Assembly: GCA_051294375.1 (NCBI GenBank) | Contig: CM119268.1 | Location: 9,669,216 to 9,733,215 of the forward strand | Source of the DNA: Paraspadella gotoi | Lineage: Eukaryota; Animalia; Chaetognatha | Direction of reading: 5' to 3' | Length of the DNA: 64,000 bases | Part shown: positions 56,801 to 64,000 of the stretch, piece by piece | Position numbering within the stretch: the stretch's first letter is position 1 | Layout of the letters: every line of letters begins with the position of its first letter | Made by a program: the position numbers and the translations under genes | Notes under the pieces: model-generated | What the model was told of the DNA's origin: nothing | Databases searched by the model: none | The model's input: the letters and a program-made list of their open reading frames with translations, nothing else

Positions 56801-58383
56801 AGAAATGGCGGTCTTGACGACGAACTTTTGTCAACGGTTGGCGCCGAATGTGCAACAGAAGGAAGGGATCTCTGTCTATGACGAAACCGACAGGTTGGCG
56901 CTTGGGCGAATGTGTAAAAATAGTTTCTCTACCCTCTTCAACCAAATTATGAAAGTGTCGTATGAACGTTGTAGAGCTTTTTTGACATCTTCTGGTCGCG
57001 ACGACGACGAAGACGATGGTCTCTGCGATTCTCCGGCGCCGCTCAAAATCGACGAGGAATTCGAAGATGGCGGTAAAGAAAGCGCTCCGCCGTCGGGCGA
57101 CGCCTGGGAAGAAGGAGAGCGAGACGAGATGGCCCAACTGGCGGAACGGAAGTTGCGAGAGATGAAGCAACATACGCTGGACCTGCAGACGAAAAAGATG
57201 GCCGCGGATTATCAAGTAAGTCGTCGAAATTGCGAGTTGGAAATCAAGCAGCCGATGTTTACTAAACTTAATGTCTCTGCAGCGTTTTATCGAAATGGCC
57301 AAAGCGGGATTTGCCGGCGCCGGACATCAGGAGACGTTGAACTTCCTTCGCAACATTCAGATGTTAGCCACCGCAGCAGCTGCTTCCTCTTCAGCCTCGG
57401 ATCGAAAGATAACCAACGGCTCTGCCTTCAAGGGCGCCTCCGTATCTTCGTCCGCCTCCAAGCGACCAGTGCCTATAAAAACGACCTCAGCCTGGCACCG
57501 ACTCTCCGACGGTGCCCCCGCCGGTTCGACTCTTAGCGGGACCGTCGCTGGAGCGAGAAGCGGTTTGACGACCAGTCGCGTCGAATCAGCCCGTGCAGCC
57601 TTGGATGACGAAGATCGAGAAGAAAGTGACATGATGAATGGAAACGCCGGCGAAGTGTCGCCAGATGCGGCGGCTGGTGAGTTTTTGAAAAAATATTTTA
57701 TCTAATTTATAAACAGACATATAGTAGCTCTCGTTGTCTAAACGACTCTGTCTTATCTTATTTTTTAGCCGGTGCATCGTCCGTTTCTTGTCCCTCGTGT
57801 CCAAAACTATTTTCGTCGCCAACTTATCTCAAGTATCACATGGACGCTTCGCACACGGAATCCAACAAACGTTTTACGTGTAACTTTTGCGGTAAAAAGT
57901 TTCCGCAGTCGTGGAAGGTTCAGCGCCATATGCGGCTGGTGCACACGCACAAGGGCGTCAAAGAGTTCCAATGCGGTTATTGCCCCCACGCCTCGGCCCT
58001 GCTCCACAACTGCAAATCGCACATAAAGGCGAAGCACCCTGGAATGGAAATCAAAGTCATTCGACTTAATCCTCCCGGTAGTTCAATGAGAAAGTCAGGT
58101 TAAAATAGTAATATATAGGAAGTCCGACTGTACGCGTTATCATTACCTTTTTTTTAAATCAGAACTGCAGCAAAACTCGAACGCAACCAAGCTTTTGACT
58201 TCTGGCGTTGCGGCTGCAGCAGCTGCCGCAGCGGCGGCGACAAACAATCGCAATTTGCATTCGCGTGCGGCCACGCCCCCTTCGCCGCCGATCTTCGCGG
58301 GCGGGAATCCCCGAGCTGTTCACTCGATGACATCGTTGGGAAACCCGCTCAGCTCGCTTTCCGTCGACGCGTCGCGAAGCTAA
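53850..58383 (+). CDS. Multi-C2H2 zinc-finger transcription factor (3' exons; possibly the same gene as 37868-40201)
   Basis: LSCQFCEKKFMLRTALEAHLKTKH; cluster 1 LHCPQCPKVF..RAHLKAVH, HKCAFCDKAFPQLWKLRQHTRLVH, FKCAYCSHASSLIHNCKAHIKQKH; cluster 2 VSCPSCPKLF..KYHMDASH, FTCNFCGKKFPQSWKVQRHMRLVH, FQCGYCPHASALLHNCKSHIKAKH; poly-N and poly-A tracts; last exon ends DASRS* at 58383. Confidence 0.9.
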
Positions 58384-60174
58384 CGATATGGACTCGTCCT
58401 TTCCTTTGTGAATTTTAAGTGCGATTATCCGACTTTAAATCGTTTATACTATATATCTATGTAAGGCAAAAACTATTTTAAAACCAGAAAAATTATCCCG
58501 ACTTGCAGACAAAACCATTCCAAAACGAAAAAATGAAATTATTTTCGATGGTTAGGGAATATAATTTTTTTTAAATAGTATAATAGTTTATTGGCACCTC
58601 ATTTGGGTTAATTTTTAAATTCAAAAACTTTTTTTGAGATTTATGAATTTTATATTATGGCTATAAAAGCATTTTCAAGAAATAAACTTTTGTACTCTAT
58701 TTTCGACTGTCACTCGTTGATTATTAGTCTAACTCCTTATTTTTTTGCTAGAAGATAATAGAATTAAAATATAACAAACTTTGAAATTTGTGCCATACAA
58801 AGATTGAACGTACTTTTACTCAGAGTAGATTACATTATTCCCACATGATACCTCTTTCCAGCGATTTCTCTTTTTCCCCCCTTATATTGAAATTTATTTT
58901 TCATTACCCAGTGCGTACTGTTCGATTTTGTTATCAGCCTTTTTACTCATCGTTAAATTCTGTAATGATTGATAAATTTGATATGCTATTTTTTATCATA
59001 TATCATATCATATCAGTGGTACAAGCGCGAAAAAAACAATCAAGATTTATTTGGGACTTTAATGACCCTTTTTCTGTGCCTTTGCACGTTTTACTTTTGT
59101 TGCAACTCATGATTATCGTCTACTGCTATCATTTGTTTCATTCAAGTCGGTCACATATGATGAATCAGTATGAAAATATCGTTCCAATCTTTTCATTTTG
59201 GGGATTTAATTTTGTTGCCTTGCCTTCTGATCTAGTCTCATGTCCATTGTGCCTTCCATTCTTTTCGTAGCCTTAGCTTTTGTTGATGTGAATTAAGGTT
59301 TTCTTTACAATTTAAAACTTTTCTCTTCACTTTCAGTGAATTTTTTTTTTTTTTTTTACAATTATCAATGATTATTGGTTCTTAAAGGGAAGAAAAAATG
59401 AGTTTCATCTAATCAGCTAAATCTATTTATAAATTACACCTCGAAAGCCTTTCCTCTCAATTTTGTTTACACTTTTCCAGTTTCACCGTTTGCAAATCTT
59501 TATAGCTCACAATTATTATCAGTGTCAGCACAATGTATGCCTTGTCTTCTACTTAATTCTATCGCAACTTCATCTCCACCTTGGAGTTATAAACTTGTTT
59601 TCGAATATATCTTTCATCGATCTATCGGTGATGATTATTGTAATTTGTTTAATTTATTTATCAGTACATAAAGTTACTATGGATAACCGACTAGTCAGCA
59701 AAAACTTAATTTATTGAAATTAGGACATAGCCTATGGCATAGGAGTTTAAAGACCCCTTTCAAGTTTCAAGTCAGAAAGAATCGTTTTATTTAAGCAAGA
59801 AAAAATGGTTCTCTTCGGGTCTATTGTAGCTCTTCATTATCGCGAGTGAACAAATTTGAGTTATATTATATAGTTATATTATTATCTTCTAACGAAGAAT
59901 TGCGGGAACTTAAAAAACTTAAAAAAGAATAAAGTGACAGGTACTGTTTTAAGAACAATAGGAAATAAAAATAGAATTGATAACGTAAAACCGGTCGGTA
60001 AAATTAAGTCAACCGGGGTATTTCCCACTCGCTGTAACTAATATCAAAAGTTCACGAAGTCATTATTAAGGACTAAAATCAGTTTTTTGTTCTTTTAATA
60101 CAAATTTCTAGAAAAAGCGCCACCTTCATTGAGAGCGAAGTGCTAAAACAAAATTCGTATCGGGTGTTTACTTA

Positions 60175-60655
60175 TATGAAATTGGTACAACTAATATATT
60201 GGTTGTACCAATTTCATAATAATAAATAAGCTATCTTGTCCCTGACTTTGGACAGGCATTGGTGGTTTAAGGCCTCCATCACACTTACAAGACAAGATAA
60301 TAACATAGCAGGTTTCTGCAAGCTTTACATATATAATATATTTTTATTATAAAGTCCTAACAAAGGTTGCTAAAAATTATTGTGTATAACGACGTTAAAA
60401 TTTCGAGCATTCAAAATTTGCAAATTACTTGTTTCACTATTTTTATATTTTATGAAGGATTTAGTATTTAATCTATGAAATTGGTACAACCATTATAAAA
60501 ATTATCCATTCATTTAATTAATAAGCTATCTTGCCCTTGACTTTGGACAGGCTTTGGTGGTTTCAGGCCTCCATCACTCTTACAAGATAATGACATAGCA
60601 GGTCCCTGCAAGCTTTCAATCAAGACTCTCTCACAGTCTTGTTTATTCACTCCCA
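60175..60655. mobile_element. Two copies of the dispersed repeat; the first has an inverted terminal duplication
   Basis: Palindrome tatgaaattggtacaac-taatatattg-gttgtaccaatttcata at 60175-60218; second copy at 60474-60655. Confidence 0.8.
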
Positions 60656-62720
60656 CTTAATCTATATTATTTAAACAAATATATATTGCTTTCTTTTATA
60701 AAAATGTTTTATTTATCTAATAATTCAATTTGGGAAGGGGAAGTCAGTGTTGTCTTCTTGAAATATATAAGAATTGGCGCGTGTGGAGAACTCGTCAGGT
60801 TTGGGCAAAGCGATTCGGGAGGCCGTTGGTCTCCACTGTATTCCATAGTTTAGTCATATTACATTTTTTGCCCTAAATTTTGCGAATATCCTTTATCCTA
60901 GTACGTAGAAAAAGAGAGGGACAAGAGGAAAAGTGCATGACTATTAAATGTGCGTAATAAATTTGTAATAAATGGGTAAAGGAGGGAAAATTGAGATGAG
61001 CTCATAATGGCGAAGGAATTGAATGTTATCTAGTAAAAAATATTAAATAATAATTTTAAAAAACTAAGACATAAGAGTGGTTTGGTAATTCCTAATCACA
61101 TTCGTCATTTCCTCTCACCATTTTCATTCAACATTCTGCGTTTCGATTCGCCTTCCCTCAATCCAGACCGCATTTGCAGGCAACCAGTTCATTTTTTCCG
61201 AAAGGCGAATCCCAGAACGGCGTCGTCGTCGTCGTCGTTCTTATCGCCGTCGTCGTTGTGTTATGTACGGACAAAAAAAAAATCCGTTTCACGGATTCAA
61301 TGAAGATTTTATGCTCGTAAGCTTTCCCTTTCGAAGCTCTCGCGCTCTCGCTGTCAGTCTGTCCGTCGTTCCAGTCATTCCGCCCACGCGCCGAGTCTGA
61401 TGCTGCCTTCTTCCGCCGCCGCTGCCGCCGCTGCTGCCTCCATCGCACGCATGCGCGAGCAAATTCGACGCTTGAGCTCGGGACGACGCGCGCGCCGGAA
61501 ACCTCGCTGGTTATTTTTTTTTCCAGGAAAAGGCGACTAGATGGAGAGAGAGAGAGAGAAGAGAGAGTCTGGGTAGCTTCCGGCGCCTGCGCGAAACGAA
61601 CCGAACGAAATCAAAGAAAACAAAACCATCAGAGCGAAAGAGTCTTCGTCACCAAGGAACGGATGCCCATTTTTGGTGTGATTTTGTCACGCCTCCTTAA
61701 ACCTAATGACCATCATCGCCGATCGCGACTCGTTAACTTCAACTCACATTATTACCGCATTTCACCAAACTACTAAAAAATTCTCGCTCTCCGTTGATAT
61801 ACGTACTTAACAAAAATTTCGTAATCAAAGCGAGTCTTGTTATCAAAGAAGGAAGTTGCTAAAATTAGCCCAAGAGCGTAAAAAATATAAACGTTAAGTT
61901 TATATGTAGTAGAAAATTAATTAGGTGTAATTTTCAAACGTCATTTATCTTAGTTTTCCAAAGTAAAATGTTGAATGAAAAAACGAAATAAAATATACTG
62001 GTTTAATGACCTAAATACCAATTATTGACGTGCTATTATTTAAAAAAAAAATTGAGGATTATATTTTATTCAATAATGTTTGGCTTGTTCATAGTAACTT
62101 TTTTTCTCCTTTTCGTTTTTTCAATGTTCACTTTTCCTTCTACATTCCTAATTTTGCTGCAGCTTCCATTCCATCCTTTTTCTTCCTTTAAATTATAATT
62201 AAAGTAGTCAAGTTCATGAACAAGCAGATTTCCTAAATTACGTTATATATAAAGGAGAAATCACGTGATTCATCTCTATTTTCCCAATAGTTTCTAGCAC
62301 GGGTAGGTTTCTTCGTCTGGCGCCCGACACTTATGGTCACCTTTCTTGCAGCGTACACCTCGTTCGGATTTTCGTTCTCTCGTTTATCCCGCGTCCTTCC
62401 CTTCTCTCCATCTCTTCTCTTCGATCAACTTCTCATCTTCCGGATTTTTTTTCCCCCCGTTTTCGATTTTACCGTTACGAAATCTCTCTTTTTCCTTTCG
62501 CGATTTCGCGATTCGACAATCGACACTTGATCAATGAATGGATAATTGGATATCCTTTGTTTTTTAGACGCGACCATTCGCATCTGTAGGTAAAAAGGAT
62601 TCGAAATCTGTCTGTCTGTATCACTCTCTCTCTCTCTTTTCTCCCTCTCTCTATCTGTTGTTTTTCTAGTAAGGTTCATCGCGTCTCTACCTTATTTCCG
62701 TATTTTTTCCTCCCTCTCTC

Positions 62721-62805
<85 letters not shown>

Positions 62806-64000
62806 CCTCCCTCTCTCTCTTCTCTCTCTCTCTCAGATGGTGGATCTATGATTTGAAATTGTTACATTTCGAATAGACATAGATTAATAGCGTTTTGTTT
62901 ATAATAAAACTCTGATCTAAATCTGAAGAAAGATTTTATTCACATTCATTTTCTCTCGACAACCAATGCCATTGGTAATGGCCATCTTCCCAATCTCGAA
63001 TCACTCAGAAAACGTTTCCCCGTGAATCGACAAAAGCAGAGGACACACTTCGCGATGCTATGCCTATGGTCAACATTATTCATTTACAGTTGTGCACTGC
63101 CCCCACCAATGTTAGAGGCGGAAGCGACTTTGTGTCGTCGTCGTCAATGTCGTCGTCGTTCGGTTCGTCGCCTACGAACCCGACGCTAATCACGATTCCG
63201 TTTCCAGCTGGAGAGAGGCGCGTCCGATGCTGCTGCAGCGGTGCCTGCGACAGCGACCGGAAACGACTCGACGCTTCCGCCGCAGCGGGGAGACGCGGGG
63301 AATAAAGGGAAAATTTTTTCTTCTGAGGTTGTTGGGATTGAGTTATTCTGGGGACTAGGAATTTTTAACAATGCGACTTTTTTTAGTAAATAGGTAATAT
63401 AAATTCAGTTTTTTTTTCTTTTGTCCGGTCGTTTTCAAGGGCGAAGTAGTACGATGTAGCATTAGAAGTATTAGTAAATATAGGAGAGTAGTTGTAGTAA
63501 ATAGTAGTTCAACAATATAGGATTTTTAATAGTATAGTCTAGAGTAAGTCGGAAGTAAAAATATGATAATCAGAATGACTAATAGGCTACGCGCTTTAAA
63601 GCAAACAAACTCTCCTCTCACTTTTCTCTTATTTTGGACGGAGTACTTTGTTGTAATCTGATAGATTGTTCTCGTACAAAAGGTTTTGAAGGACTCTGAA
63701 TCCGTACCCGGCCTACAGTTTTCTCCTTCGCTCAATATAAAATTTAAAGAAATAAGCATTTATCTTTATCAAATTTACACTTCTGCTTCTCACTTTTTTG
63801 AGTACACCATCCTATATATAAATCATATGTAAAAATAAGTAAAAACTAGAAATATCGATTATTCAATATATATATATATATATTATATTATATATATTAT
63901 TATTATTATTATTATATATTATATATATAAATTAAAAAAGTGATTTAACTAAATTTTTGTTTGAATATCAAAATAAGGGATTACAAATTTCATTCATATT

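Noticed and set aside
56364-57302. 312-aa minus-strand ORF
   Set aside because: Antisense to zinc-finger gene exons; Arg-rich shadow frame.
63625-63700. Minus-strand VLQNLLYENNLSDYNKVLRP resembling a Cys-loop receptor N-terminus
   Set aside because: Followed almost immediately by a stop, with no further Cys-loop exons in the window.

Overview
AT-rich, microsatellite-dense eukaryotic (invertebrate-animal-like) genomic DNA with GT-AG introns. It looks like an indel-prone long-read assembly with two N gaps, each flanked by duplicated sequence. Reconstructed by hand, left to right: two tandem minus-strand tetraspanin paralogs with enlarged Cys-rich loops, separated by a miniature LTR element; a minus-strand locus for secreted structural protein(s) with a chitin-binding CBM14 domain, Gly/Leu and Gly/Met low-complexity blocks, a long VEVP repeat and an acidic tract, with tRNA-Ala(TGC) and an old foldback element in one intron; a ~9 kb block present twice across a gap (Ctr/SLC31 copper transporter, an unidentified minus-strand gene, the 5' part of a C2H2 zinc-finger gene), whose copies differ by a 581-bp foldback transposon with a 6-bp target duplication; and a multi-C2H2 zinc-finger gene that may span 37868-58383. 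A dispersed repeat family shares one fixed end. Exon boundaries are manual inferences and several need 1-bp indel corrections. The species cannot be determined from the sequence.
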